The position numbers and the translations under genes are program-made. The notes under the pieces were generated by a model. That model made no database searches, was not told the DNA's origin, and saw only the letters and a list, made by a program, of their open reading frames with translations. Of a stretch of DNA of 32,000 nucleotides, positions 18,365 to 29,167 are shown one piece after another. This stretch comes from Patescibacteria group bacterium. Lineage in GTDB: Bacteria; Patescibacteriota; Patescibacteriia; 2-01-FULL-39-33. Position 1 is the stretch's first letter. Each line of letters begins with the position of its first letter. The stretch spans positions 90,001 through 122,000 of the forward strand of contig JBAZMW010000002.1 of assembly GCA_041649575.1 (NCBI GenBank). The letters run 5' to 3'.

Positions 18365-19543
18365 ATGTTTTTGACGATAGTAATTTTTGTCGCCATTTTA
18401 TCGCTTTTGGTTTTTGCTCACGAGATAGGCCATTTTTTTACAGCCAGGAAATTTGGTATTAGGGTGGATGAGTTTGGTTTTGGCTTGCCGCCGCGAGTCA
18501 TCGGCCTGGTTTTTTTGTCAGCCAAGAAAAAAATTCGTTTTTTATTCGGGAACCGGGAATTAAAAGCTGAAAATGAGACCGAACAGACTGGGACTATTTA
18601 CTCTCTCAACTTAATACCGGTCGGCGGTTTCGTTAAAATTAAAGGTGAAAACGGCGAAGCCGCCGGTGATCGTGATAGTTTTGCCAGTAAAGCCATTTGG
18701 CGTCGGGTTTCGGTTTTGGCCGCCGGAGTAATCATGAATTTATTTTTATGCGCCTTAATATTGATCATTGGCTTTATTATTGGTTTGCCCTCGGCGGTTA
18801 GCGGCCAAATGTCCGGAGCCATTGTTTCCGACAACAATATTCAGGTGGTGGAGGTTTTAAAAGGCACGGCGGCGGAACAAGCTGGCCTCAAGCCTGGCGA
18901 TATCATCAACGGAGTTGATGGCAAAACTTTTGGCAGTATCGAAGAATTACAAAAATATTTGTCAGGCCGAGCCGATCAGCTAATTAGCTTGAAACTGACA
19001 AGAAACACCGAGAGTTTGACCAAGGAACTGCTGGTGCAAAAATACCAGGCAGTGACCGGTATCGGCGTGGCTTTGGTGGAAACGGCCATCGTTCGCTATC
19101 CCTGGTACTTGGCGATTTGGCAAGGGATCAAGGCTACCTTTTTTTGGCTGGTGGCAATTATTTTAGCTTTTGCCTCCATAATCAAAAATTTAGTTTTGGG
19201 CCAGCCGATTGGCATAGAAGTTGCTGGACCGGTGGGTATTGCCGTGATGACCGGCCAGGCGGCTCGGTTGGGCTTGGTTTATGTTTTGCAGTTTACCGCC
19301 CTGCTCTCGCTTAATTTGGCGATTATTAATATTTTACCCTTTCCGGCCTTAGACGGCGGCCGCATTCTCTTTTTGGTGATTGAGAAAATCAGAGGCCGAG
19401 CGGTTAAACAACAATTAGAGAATTTAATCCATAACATCGGTTTTGCCCTGCTCATGCTCTTGATAGTTTTTGTCACCTACAGAGACATCATCAGGTATGG
19501 TGGCAAAATTTTCGGTGTCTTTAAAAATTTAGTGGGGATATAA
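18365..19543 (+). CDS. rseP: Site-2 protease family, RIP metalloprotease (M50)
   Basis: VFAHEIGHFFTARKFGI (HExxH), PDZ domain, IINILPFPALDGGRILF. Confidence 0.95.
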   Translation: MFLTIVIFVAILSLLVFAHEIGHFFTARKFGIRVDEFGFGLPPRVIGLVFLSAKKKIRFLFGNRELKAENETEQTGTIYSLNLIPVGGFVKIKGENGEAAGDRDSFASKAIWRRVSVLAAGVIMNLFLCALILIIGFIIGLPSAVSGQMSGAIVSDNNIQVVEVLKGTAAEQAGLKPGDIINGVDGKTFGSIEELQKYLSGRADQLISLKLTRNTESLTKELLVQKYQAVTGIGVALVETAIVRYPWYLAIWQGIKATFFWLVAIILAFASIIKNLVLGQPIGIEVAGPVGIAVMTGQAARLGLVYVLQFTALLSLNLAIINILPFPALDGGRILFLVIEKIRGRAVKQQLENLIHNIGFALLMLLIVFVTYRDIIRYGGKIFGVFKNLVGI

Positions 19544-19552
19544 TTTTTTAAA

Positions 19553-19983
19553 AAAAGAGATGCCAGTCCATTCTCGTGACGGACTGGCATCAGGCATTAC
19601 TATAGAGCAAGAGAGATTAACCGGCAGACAGGGCGAGAGGGGATCGTCTCTTTTCCCATCTTAATAACTTGTCATCCTCCCCCAGTGTTGCAGTAGTGAG
19701 CTCCTCCGGAGTGGTTAACTCCAGTTTAGTTCTAGCGCCCGGAAGGAGAAAGGGGGGCTCCTGCAAACACATCCGGAAGGATTAGGCTGATATAGCTTTG
19801 GCTTTCGGTGCTGTTCTGGTCCAGCCCCGAAATAATCCCAGCCCCGCAATGACGAAGGAATCAGCCATACTCTGAAAACAAGTTAACTGTCGGGACTAGT
19901 CCTTGCCCGGCGCTGGACTAGTCGTTGCGCTGGTGGCAGCTTAACCTCTCTTAGAAAAGATCTAAAGGGCACTGAAGTAGCTA
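19553..19983 (-). ncRNA. Candidate ~430-nt structured non-coding RNA of unrecognised family
   Basis: No plausible ORF. 12-bp long-range helix AAGAGAGGUUAA (19952-19941) / UUAAUCUCUCUU (19620-19609), 9-bp hairpin GACTAGTCC/GGACTAGTC (19894-19923), GGCUGAU/AUCAGCC (19785-19791/19860-19866), CUGGAGU/ACUCCGG (19706-19724), and a terminal terminator. Two helices close only with G-U pairs on the minus strand. Confidence 0.68.
19560..19592 (-). terminator. Intrinsic terminator of the minus-strand structured RNA
   Basis: Minus strand GATGCCAGTCC-gtcacgagaat-GGACTGGCATC followed by TCTCTTTTTTT. No U-tract on the + side. Confidence 0.85.
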
Positions 19984-19989
19984 GTTTCC

Positions 19990-20018
19990 ATCCTAATATA
20001 AAATTAATTATTTGGCAA
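19990..20018 (-). promoter_or_regulatory. Promoter-like sequence for the minus-strand RNA (TTGCCA-N17-TAGGAT)
   Basis: Minus strand TTGCCA (20018-20013), 17-nt spacer, TAGGAT (19995-19990). Confidence 0.5.
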
Positions 20019-20020
20019 AT

Positions 20021-20383
20021 ATGAAAATAACCGTCTTCAATAATTTTGATCCGGTCCTGGTGCTACGTCGTAGCGGTTATGGCTTAATGACCAACAGAAA
20101 AACTGGCGAACAAAGCTTTGTTCGCCGCCTGGGCAACAATTCTTATCCGCGTTTTCACGCCTATCTTAAAGATGGTTTTATTAATCTGCATTTAGACCAG
20201 AAGCAACCCAGCTACAGCGGCGTTAAGGCGCATAGTGGTGAATATGAGGGAGAGGTGATAACCAAAGAAGCAAACAGAATCAAAGAAGTAATAAATTTTT
20301 TAAAAACCGAAGACAGACCGACATCAGAGCGTGAAATTGCCGCACCAGCCAAGGGTTTTTGGTCTAAATTTTTTGGGGATTAG
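20021..20383 (+). CDS. Conserved-looking hypothetical protein (120 aa from ATG, 123 aa from TTG at 20012)
   Basis: Intact ORF of ordinary composition beginning MKITVFNNFDPVLVLRRSGYGLMTNRKTGEQSF. Confidence 0.65.
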   Translation: MKITVFNNFDPVLVLRRSGYGLMTNRKTGEQSFVRRLGNNSYPRFHAYLKDGFINLHLDQKQPSYSGVKAHSGEYEGEVITKEANRIKEVINFLKTEDRPTSEREIAAPAKGFWSKFFGD

Positions 20384-20460
20384 TCTCTAAAATTATAAGA
20401 ATTAATTTTTGACAAAACAATAAAAAAATGAAAGAATGATATAATTATAACCATAATTTT

Positions 20461-21966
20461 ATGAGGGAAAATAAGAGCAAAAAAGACAATAACGAAACAA
20501 GCGAATTCTCTATTACCAAGCGGAGTGAAGATTATTCGCAGTGGTATTTAGACGTCATTAGCGCTGGTAAATTGGCCGATAATTCCCCCGTTCGCGGTTG
20601 CATGGTAATCAGACCGAATGGTTATGCTGTTTGGGAAAAAATGCAGAAAATTCTAGACGAGATGTTCAAAGAAACGGGAGTGGCTAATGCTTATTTTCCC
20701 TTGTTCATCCCGATCAGTTTTCTTAATAAAGAGGCAAAACACGTGGCAGGGTTTGCCAAGGAGTGTGCCGTAGTGACTCATCATCGTTTAGAATTAGATA
20801 CCAAAGGCAGATTACAACCGACAGCCGAGCTAGAAGAGCCGCTGATTGTTAGACCTACTTCGGAGACCATAATGTATGACACCTTTTCCAAGTGGATTAA
20901 CTCACATAGAGACTTGCCGTTGCTTATTAACCAATGGGCCAATATTGTAAGATGGGAAATGAGAACGCGACCCTTTTTGAGGACCATGGAATTTTTGTGG
21001 CAAGAGGGACACACGGCCCATGCCACCAAGGAAGAAGCTGACACGAGAACCGAACAAATGATCGCTGTCTACAAAAAGTTTTGTGAAGAATATTTGGCGA
21101 TCCCAGTGATTGCCGGGCTAAAAACCGAGTCAGAAAAGTTTGCCGGAGCAGTTTATACCACCTGCATCGAGGCCATGATGCAGGACGGTAAATCGCTCCA
21201 GACCGGTACCTCCCACATGCTTGGCCAGAATTTTGCCAAAGCCTTTGAGGTAAAATATCTCGATCAGAAAGGTGAGAGTCAATATGTTTGGCAAACCAGC
21301 TGGGGACTAAGCACCAGGCTGATCGGAGCTTTGATTATGGTTCATAGTGACGATAAAGGGCTAGTATTGCCTCCGAGATTAGCGCCCACCCCGGTGGTTA
21401 TAGTACCCATCTGGTCTTCACTGGAGGAAAAAGAAAAGGTACTAGTGGCAGCCCACAAAATATCAAATTTGGTTTCAAGTAAACTCGGGCTAAATGTTAA
21501 AGTTGATGACCGTGACTTAAGGCCGGGACCAAAATTTTATGAGTGGGAAAAAATGGGCATCCCTTTGCGGTTGGAGCTGGGTCCGAAGGATTTGGCCAAT
21601 AATTCCTTAATGGCTGTCAGGCGTGACAACGAGGTCAAAGAAGAAGTAAACCAGACAAATATTATAGACTATGTTTCCCGAGCCCTCGAAGATATCCAAG
21701 ATAGCTTATTCAAGAAAGCTTTAAAATTTCAAAAGAATAATACCAAGAAGACAGATTCTTGGGATGAATTTAAGAAGCTAGTGACCGATGATGGTGGTTT
21801 TATTTTGGCTCATTGGTGTGGCTCGGCCAAGTGCGAGCAGCAAATAAAAGAAGCAACCAAAGCCACTATAGCTTGCATTCCCTTTGATCAGAAAAAGGAG
21901 ACGGGTAAGTGCATTCTTTGTGGTAAAAAATCTGAAGGAAGAGTTATTTTTGCAAAAGCTTATTAA
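20461..21966 (+). CDS. proS: Prolyl-tRNA synthetase, archaeal/eukaryote-like (ProS type 3)
   Basis: ITKRSEDYSQWYLDVI, GCMVIRPNGYAVWEKMQ, RPTSETIMYDTFSKWINSHRDLPLLINQWANIVRWEMRTRPFLRTMEFLWQEGHTAHAT. Confidence 0.96.
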   Translation: MRENKSKKDNNETSEFSITKRSEDYSQWYLDVISAGKLADNSPVRGCMVIRPNGYAVWEKMQKILDEMFKETGVANAYFPLFIPISFLNKEAKHVAGFAKECAVVTHHRLELDTKGRLQPTAELEEPLIVRPTSETIMYDTFSKWINSHRDLPLLINQWANIVRWEMRTRPFLRTMEFLWQEGHTAHATKEEADTRTEQMIAVYKKFCEEYLAIPVIAGLKTESEKFAGAVYTTCIEAMMQDGKSLQTGTSHMLGQNFAKAFEVKYLDQKGESQYVWQTSWGLSTRLIGALIMVHSDDKGLVLPPRLAPTPVVIVPIWSSLEEKEKVLVAAHKISNLVSSKLGLNVKVDDRDLRPGPKFYEWEKMGIPLRLELGPKDLANNSLMAVRRDNEVKEEVNQTNIIDYVSRALEDIQDSLFKKALKFQKNNTKKTDSWDEFKKLVTDDGGFILAHWCGSAKCEQQIKEATKATIACIPFDQKKETGKCILCGKKSEGRVIFAKAY

Positions 21967-21975
21967 AATTACGGC

Positions 21976-23013
21976 ATGTTTAAAAAAATTTTTAGTAAAT
22001 TTAATAAAGGCCTAGGAGTCGATCTGGGTAGCACCAAGACCATGATTTATCTTCAGGATCGCGGTATTGTTGTTAATGAGTCATCGGTAGTGGCGGTTAA
22101 TAATCGTACCGATCAGATTTTGGCCGTTGGTGACACCGCCCGGCGCATGCTCGGCAAAACACCGCCTCATATCATCGCCACCCAGCCGATAGAAAACGGC
22201 ATTATTTCTGATTTTGAAATAACCGAAAAAATGTTGAAGTATTTTTTTAATAAAATCCAGGCCGGTAAATTTTTCTTTTCAGTCAAGCCCAGGGTAGTTG
22301 TTGGCATACCGCTGGATGTAACCGAAGTCGAAAAGAAAGCGGCCGAAGATGCCATGCTCTCTGCCGGGGCCGGTGAGGTTTTTTTGGTGGAAAACATTAT
22401 GGCGGCGGCCATTGGCGCCAGAGTTCCCATTCAGGATCCAACCGGTAATATGGTTGTCAATTTGGGCGGTGGCTTGACAGAGGTGGCGGTTATCTCTTTG
22501 GATGGCATTGTTAATTGGCGAGTCTCCCGGGTAGCCGGGCTGACTTTGGGCAATGATATTATTAGATTTGCTAAAGATGAATTTAATTTAGTTTTGGGCG
22601 AGATGGTAGCCGAAGATATTAAGAAAAAAATCGGTTCAGCCGTGGAATTAAAGGACCCCCTGGAAATGCAAATGCGGGGCAGGGATGTGGTTTCCGGTTT
22701 GCCCAGAGAAGTGACAATTAATAATATTCAGATTCAGAATGCCATTGGCCGCTCCACTCAAAATATTCTCGACACTATCAAGGCTACCTTAGAGACCACT
22801 CCACCGGAATTGGTGGCCGATATTTACCAGAAAGGTATAATTTTGACCGGTGGTACCGCCCAGCTTAGGGGATTGGATAAATTTATTTCTCAAGGCATTC
22901 GGGTGCCTGTTCATATTGCCGATGACCCCCAGACCTGTGTTGTCAGGGGCATGGGAGCAATTTTAGACGATGAGCATCTTTTAAAAGATATCGCCATCCC
23001 TTCTTCTCAATAG
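21976..23013 (+). CDS. mreB: Rod-shape-determining protein MreB (copy 2, in mreBCD operon)
   Basis: GLGVDLGSTKTMIYL, GIVVNESSVVAVN, NLGGGLTEVAVISLDGI, GIILTGGTAQLRGLDKFI. Confidence 0.95.
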   Translation: MFKKIFSKFNKGLGVDLGSTKTMIYLQDRGIVVNESSVVAVNNRTDQILAVGDTARRMLGKTPPHIIATQPIENGIISDFEITEKMLKYFFNKIQAGKFFFSVKPRVVVGIPLDVTEVEKKAAEDAMLSAGAGEVFLVENIMAAAIGARVPIQDPTGNMVVNLGGGLTEVAVISLDGIVNWRVSRVAGLTLGNDIIRFAKDEFNLVLGEMVAEDIKKKIGSAVELKDPLEMQMRGRDVVSGLPREVTINNIQIQNAIGRSTQNILDTIKATLETTPPELVADIYQKGIILTGGTAQLRGLDKFISQGIRVPVHIADDPQTCVVRGMGAILDDEHLLKDIAIPSSQ

Positions 23014-23049
23014 CTTTAAAGCATAATTTTAAAAGTCAACCGAAAGTCT

Positions 23050-23844
23050 ATGGGCAAATTGACCAAGTCTATAATTTTAACTTTCCTTATTCTGGTTTTG
23101 TTAGTTTTTTTTCATTACCTGGGCTGGTTAAGGCCGGTGGAAAATCTGACTTTCAAGGCCCTCGGTCCGGTCCAGGGGCAAGTTTATAATTTTGCTTCTC
23201 AGTTGAAAACCCTGCAACAAAACTGGTTTTCTAAAAGAAATCTGCTTAAAGAAAATAGTGACTTAAAAGAAAATTTAAAGCTGTTTCAGTTGGACCGGGT
23301 GGAATTTAATAGATTGCAACAAGAAAACGACCTATTGAAAAAAGAACTTGGTTTTGTCAGCCAAAACCAAGTTAAATATCTTTCGGCCAGAATTATTACA
23401 GGTATTTCCGATCCACTGTCGCAATCGGTAATAATTAATCGTGGCCGTAGCGATGGCATTGTCAAGGGTTTGCCGGTGGTGGTCGACAAGGGGGTTCTGG
23501 TTGGTAAAATCAGTGAGGTAGGCGACGGCTATAGTAAAGTCTTGTTGCTAAACGACAGCAAGAGTCGAGTGGCGGCTGCCATCCAAAATTCTAGTCAAAC
23601 CGTTGGTTTGGTCGAGGGTAGTTTTGGCTTGGGCTTTACTATGACCAACATCCCTCGTGATCAACAGATCAAAGATGGCGATTTGGTAGTGACTTCCGGA
23701 CTGGAGGGACAAATCCCAAGAAATTTACTGATTGCCGAGGTTGACAGTGTTAATCAGGTGGAAAGCGAGATTTTTAAAACAGCGGTTTTAAAGCCGATCA
23801 TTCCTTTGAATAATTTGAGTTATGTTTTAGTAATTATTCCTTAA
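23050..23844 (+). CDS. mreC: Rod-shape-determining protein MreC
   Basis: N-terminal TM, coiled coil, GLPVVVDKGVLVGKISEVGDGYSKVLLLNDSKSRVAAAIQ, GDLVVTSGLEGQIPRNLLIAEV. Confidence 0.93.
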   Translation: MGKLTKSIILTFLILVLLVFFHYLGWLRPVENLTFKALGPVQGQVYNFASQLKTLQQNWFSKRNLLKENSDLKENLKLFQLDRVEFNRLQQENDLLKKELGFVSQNQVKYLSARIITGISDPLSQSVIINRGRSDGIVKGLPVVVDKGVLVGKISEVGDGYSKVLLLNDSKSRVAAAIQNSSQTVGLVEGSFGLGFTMTNIPRDQQIKDGDLVVTSGLEGQIPRNLLIAEVDSVNQVESEIFKTAVLKPIIPLNNLSYVLVIIP

Positions 23845-23848
23845 TTTA

Positions 23849-24370
23849 ATGAATTACAAGATTATCATTTTTATTTTAATAATTTTATTAGTTTTTATTG
23901 TTCAAAATGCTTTCCTAGACAATTTGAGCTTTTTTTTCTTTAGTTTTAACTTATTGCTAATAACCCTGGTTTTATTGGTCGATTTGGCCGATTTTAAACT
24001 GGCTTTGTGGTTTTCCTTGGTTGGTGGTTTTTTGCTTGATACCTATTCTAGCTTGCCTTTCGGTATTTTTTTGCTGACGTTATTTTTAACGGCTATTGTT
24101 TTGAAATTTCTATTTTTTAATTTTTTTACCAATCGTTCTCTTTATTCCCTGATTATTTTGGGCTTAGTGGCGGTTTTGGTTTATCAGGGCGGTTTTTTGC
24201 TCCTAAGCAGTCTGTTTTATCTTCTCGGTTTTAGTGATTTCCTGGCCGGCTGGTCTTTCATCTGGTTGATTTCGGCGCAACTGGTCAATATGACCATTGT
24301 CTTAACTGTCTCTTTCTGGCTGATTAACAAGCTCTCGAAATTTTTTAAACCCATTTTTCTTAAATCATAA
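23849..24370 (+). CDS. mreD: Rod-shape-determining protein MreD
   Basis: Multi-TM hydrophobic 173-aa protein directly between mreC and the PBP2 gene, with GGFLLDTYSSLPFGIFLL. Confidence 0.82.
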   Translation: MNYKIIIFILIILLVFIVQNAFLDNLSFFFFSFNLLLITLVLLVDLADFKLALWFSLVGGFLLDTYSSLPFGIFLLTLFLTAIVLKFLFFNFFTNRSLYSLIILGLVAVLVYQGGFLLLSSLFYLLGFSDFLAGWSFIWLISAQLVNMTIVLTVSFWLINKLSKFFKPIFLKS

Positions 24371-24373
24371 ATC

Positions 24374-26293
24374 ATGAGAAAAAATAATCCCTTTTTCATT
24401 ACTGAAGGCATCGATACGGGTCGTAAAAATTTTTCTGACTGGGTGGAAGAAAGTTTTAATCCGGGAGCTAGCTTTAGTTCTGACTCAACTCATAGTTTTT
24501 TAACGCCCTCCCTGCCGATTAAAAAGATCAGAATCCTTTTTTTTGTAATTATTTTTGGTTTGGCATTATTGTTGGGCCGAAGTTTTTACTTGCAGGTTTT
24601 AAACGGCAGTTATTATTTTTCTTTGGCAGAAAATAATCGTATCAGAATAAAAAACATCCAGGCTCAACGCGGCATTATTTATGATCGTAACGGCAAAATC
24701 TTGGTTAAAAATATTTCTGGTTTTTCTCTGTTAATCACCCAGGCGGATTTGTCCAAGGACCAATTTCAAAAAACGGAAGTTCTAAGAAAGACCAGCGAAC
24801 TGGCAGGCATACCTTTAGCAGAGATTGAAGAAAGGTTAAACAAGGCTGATAAATATTTTTGGCAGCCAATAGTGGTAAAAACCGGTATTGATTATGAAAA
24901 AGCCATGGCTCTAAAAATTGCCAGCATTGACTTGCCGGGCATTAGTCTGGAGGATGATAGTTGGCGGCAATATCTTTTTAGTAATAGCTTGTCTCATCTG
25001 ATGGGTTATGTTGGTAAAATCAGCACCGAGGAATACGAAGACAATAAAAGTGGTTACTTGTTAAGCGACAATATTGGCAAGACCGGCCTGGAGAAATATT
25101 ATGAGAATTTACTTCGTGGTAAAAACGGTATCAAGAAGATAGAGGTGGATTCCCTGGGTCGGGAAAAAAAGATTATTGCCCAGGAAGAACCGGTTAATGG
25201 CAGTAATTTGGTTCTGACTATTGATGCCGATTTGGAAGAAAAAATTTATCAGACGTTTAAGGAAGCTTTGGGCAAAAAGTATAACGCGGTGGCAGTTGTT
25301 TCCAACCCGCAAACCGGCGAAATCTTGGCCTTAGTCGATTATCCCAGTTATGACAACAATCTGTTTGCCACCGGGATTAGTCAACAAGATTATAATAATT
25401 TACTCAATGACGAGAAAAAGCCGCTGTTTTTTAGAGCCATCTCGGGCGAATATCCATCCGGTTCAACCATTAAGCCGGTCATCGCTTTGGCCGCTTTGCA
25501 GGAAAAAGTTGTTGATAAAAACACCAGTTTTAATAGTGTTGGCGGCATTTGGGTCGGTAGTAAATGGTTTTTTCCCGACTGGAATCCCGGTGGCCACGGC
25601 ATAACCAATGTAATTAAGGCGCTTGCTTTATCGGTTAATACCTATTTTTATTATGTTGGGGGTGGTTATGGTAATTTTAACGGTTTGGGGGTTGATTTGA
25701 TTGACAAGTATCTCAATCTCTTTAATCTTGGTCAAAAAACAGGCATTGATTTACCGGCCGAAAAATCAGGTTTAGTGCCTACGCCTGCTTGGAAGGAAGA
25801 GAATAAAAAAGAACAATGGTATATCGGCGATACTTATCATTTGGCCATTGGTCAAGGAGATTTACTGGTGACGCCGCTGCAGGTTAATAGCTGGACCGCC
25901 ACCATTAGCGCCGGTGGCGCCATTTACCGGCCGCATCTGGTCAAAGAAATTGTAAATCCCGATGGTCGCAAAGAATTGATCGCGCCGATAGTAGTGAAAA
26001 GCGGGATTGCCGATCGAAAAAATATTGATATTGTTAGGGAGGGAATGAGACAGGCAGTGTTGGCTGGTTCGGCCCGAGGAATCTCGGGATTACCGGTTAC
26101 TGCTGGCGGTAAAACCGGTACCGCTCAATGGAATGAAAAAAAGAATAATCATGCTTGGTTTACCGCCTTCGCTCCCTTTGATCAGCCATCTTTTTGCATC
26201 ACCATCTTAGTCGAAGAAGGGGGGGAAGGATCCAGCATCGCCGTCCCGATTGCTCGGGAGGTAATGAATTATTGGTTTACCAGGCAGAATTAG
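24374..26293 (+). CDS. mrdA: Penicillin-binding protein 2 (peptidoglycan D,D-transpeptidase)
   Basis: RGIIYDRNGKILVKN, YPSGSTIKPVIALAALQ (SxxK), SVN, GGKTGTAQW (KTG). Confidence 0.95.
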   Translation: MRKNNPFFITEGIDTGRKNFSDWVEESFNPGASFSSDSTHSFLTPSLPIKKIRILFFVIIFGLALLLGRSFYLQVLNGSYYFSLAENNRIRIKNIQAQRGIIYDRNGKILVKNISGFSLLITQADLSKDQFQKTEVLRKTSELAGIPLAEIEERLNKADKYFWQPIVVKTGIDYEKAMALKIASIDLPGISLEDDSWRQYLFSNSLSHLMGYVGKISTEEYEDNKSGYLLSDNIGKTGLEKYYENLLRGKNGIKKIEVDSLGREKKIIAQEEPVNGSNLVLTIDADLEEKIYQTFKEALGKKYNAVAVVSNPQTGEILALVDYPSYDNNLFATGISQQDYNNLLNDEKKPLFFRAISGEYPSGSTIKPVIALAALQEKVVDKNTSFNSVGGIWVGSKWFFPDWNPGGHGITNVIKALALSVNTYFYYVGGGYGNFNGLGVDLIDKYLNLFNLGQKTGIDLPAEKSGLVPTPAWKEENKKEQWYIGDTYHLAIGQGDLLVTPLQVNSWTATISAGGAIYRPHLVKEIVNPDGRKELIAPIVVKSGIADRKNIDIVREGMRQAVLAGSARGISGLPVTAGGKTGTAQWNEKKNNHAWFTAFAPFDQPSFCITILVEEGGEGSSIAVPIAREVMNYWFTRQN

Positions 26294-26322
26294 CAAAAAC
26301 TCAAATAATGTGGATAAAGGTC

Positions 26323-26351
26323 TTGACACCTTTTTAAAAAAGTACTATTCT
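26323..26351 (+). promoter_or_regulatory. Sigma70-like promoter upstream of greA (TTGACA-N17-TATTCT)
   Basis: TTGACA at 26323-26328, TATTCT at 26346-26351. Confidence 0.65.
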
Positions 26352-26432
26352 CCTATCTATATTAATTAGTCGAATTAAGTTGAATTTCTACACCCTTTCT
26401 CGGTGGTTTTTATTTAAACTAAAAGTATCAAG

Positions 26433-26894
26433 ATGGCAGAAAATTATATCTCAGCGGCGGGCCTGGAAAAGGTCAAGGAGGAATTAGAAAAATTAAAAAA
26501 TATCGATCGTCCCGAGGTCATAGAGCGTATTGCCAGATCCAGGGAGCTGGGCGATTTATCAGAGAATGCCGAATATCATGAAGCTCGGGAGAAGCAGAGT
26601 TTTATTGAAGGCAGAATTCAGGAATTAGAGGCCTTGATTAAAAACGCGGTCATTATTAAGAATGATAAAAAGCCAAGTTTGGTTGGATTGGGATCGACTG
26701 TTTTGGCCACTTGTGATAACGGCGCTAAGATAAAATATATGATCGTGGGCCACCAAGAGGCCGACCCCTCTAGTGGCCGGATTTCTCATGAGTCGCCACT
26801 GGGGCGCGCTTTTATCGGCAGGAAAATAGGAGATGAATTTGAGCTTCAAGTCCCGGCCGGCAAACTCAAGTGTAAAATTAACAAGATTGAATAA
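26433..26894 (+). CDS. greA: Transcription elongation factor GreA
   Basis: YISAAGLEKVKEELEKLKNIDRPEVIERIARSRELGDLSENAEYHEAREKQSFIEGRIQELE, SPLGRAFIGRKIGDEFEL. Confidence 0.97.
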   Translation: MAENYISAAGLEKVKEELEKLKNIDRPEVIERIARSRELGDLSENAEYHEAREKQSFIEGRIQELEALIKNAVIIKNDKKPSLVGLGSTVLATCDNGAKIKYMIVGHQEADPSSGRISHESPLGRAFIGRKIGDEFELQVPAGKLKCKINKIE

Positions 26895-26895
26895 C

Positions 26896-26929
26896 TTTAA
26901 AATGACCGCCAGCTGGCGGTCATTTTAAA
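26896..26929. terminator. Bidirectional intrinsic terminator between convergent greA and gyrB
   Basis: Perfect 34-nt palindrome TTTAAAATGACCGCCAG|CTGGCGGTCATTTTAAA between converging genes. Confidence 0.85.
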
Positions 26930-26950
26930 ATCTTCACTATTTTTGCTTGT

Positions 26951-29023
<2,073 letters not shown>

Positions 29024-29167
29024 TTAATGGAGATGAATTTTACTAAATTATTTTATCATATTTTAAACTTTTTGACAATAAAAATCTGGGTCTATTTTTG
29101 GCCATTTTTCTTTTTTAATTTGGTATTCTTATATACACAGATGAATTTTTTGTGTTATAATTTAATC

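Noticed and set aside
19553-19990. RNase P RNA, tmRNA, SRP or 6S RNA
   Set aside because: Could not find GAGGAAAGUCCGG/ACAGAA (RNase P), GGUUCGA...CCA tRNA-like end (tmRNA), or a proper SRP helix-8 core. A 'TCCGGAAGGA' string on the + strand resembles SRP but lacks the rest of the domain. A very divergent member cannot be excluded without a covariance-model search.
20409-20445. TTGACA...TATAAT promoter upstream of proS
   Set aside because: Both boxes look good individually but are separated by 25 nt, beyond normal spacing. TATAAT at 20440-20445 may still be a -10 with a weak -35.
19543-20460. T-box leader regulating proS
   Set aside because: No T-box sequence (GGTGGnACCGCG-like) and no plus-strand antiterminator/terminator pair. 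The terminator U-tract is on the minus strand, and another gene lies between this region and proS.
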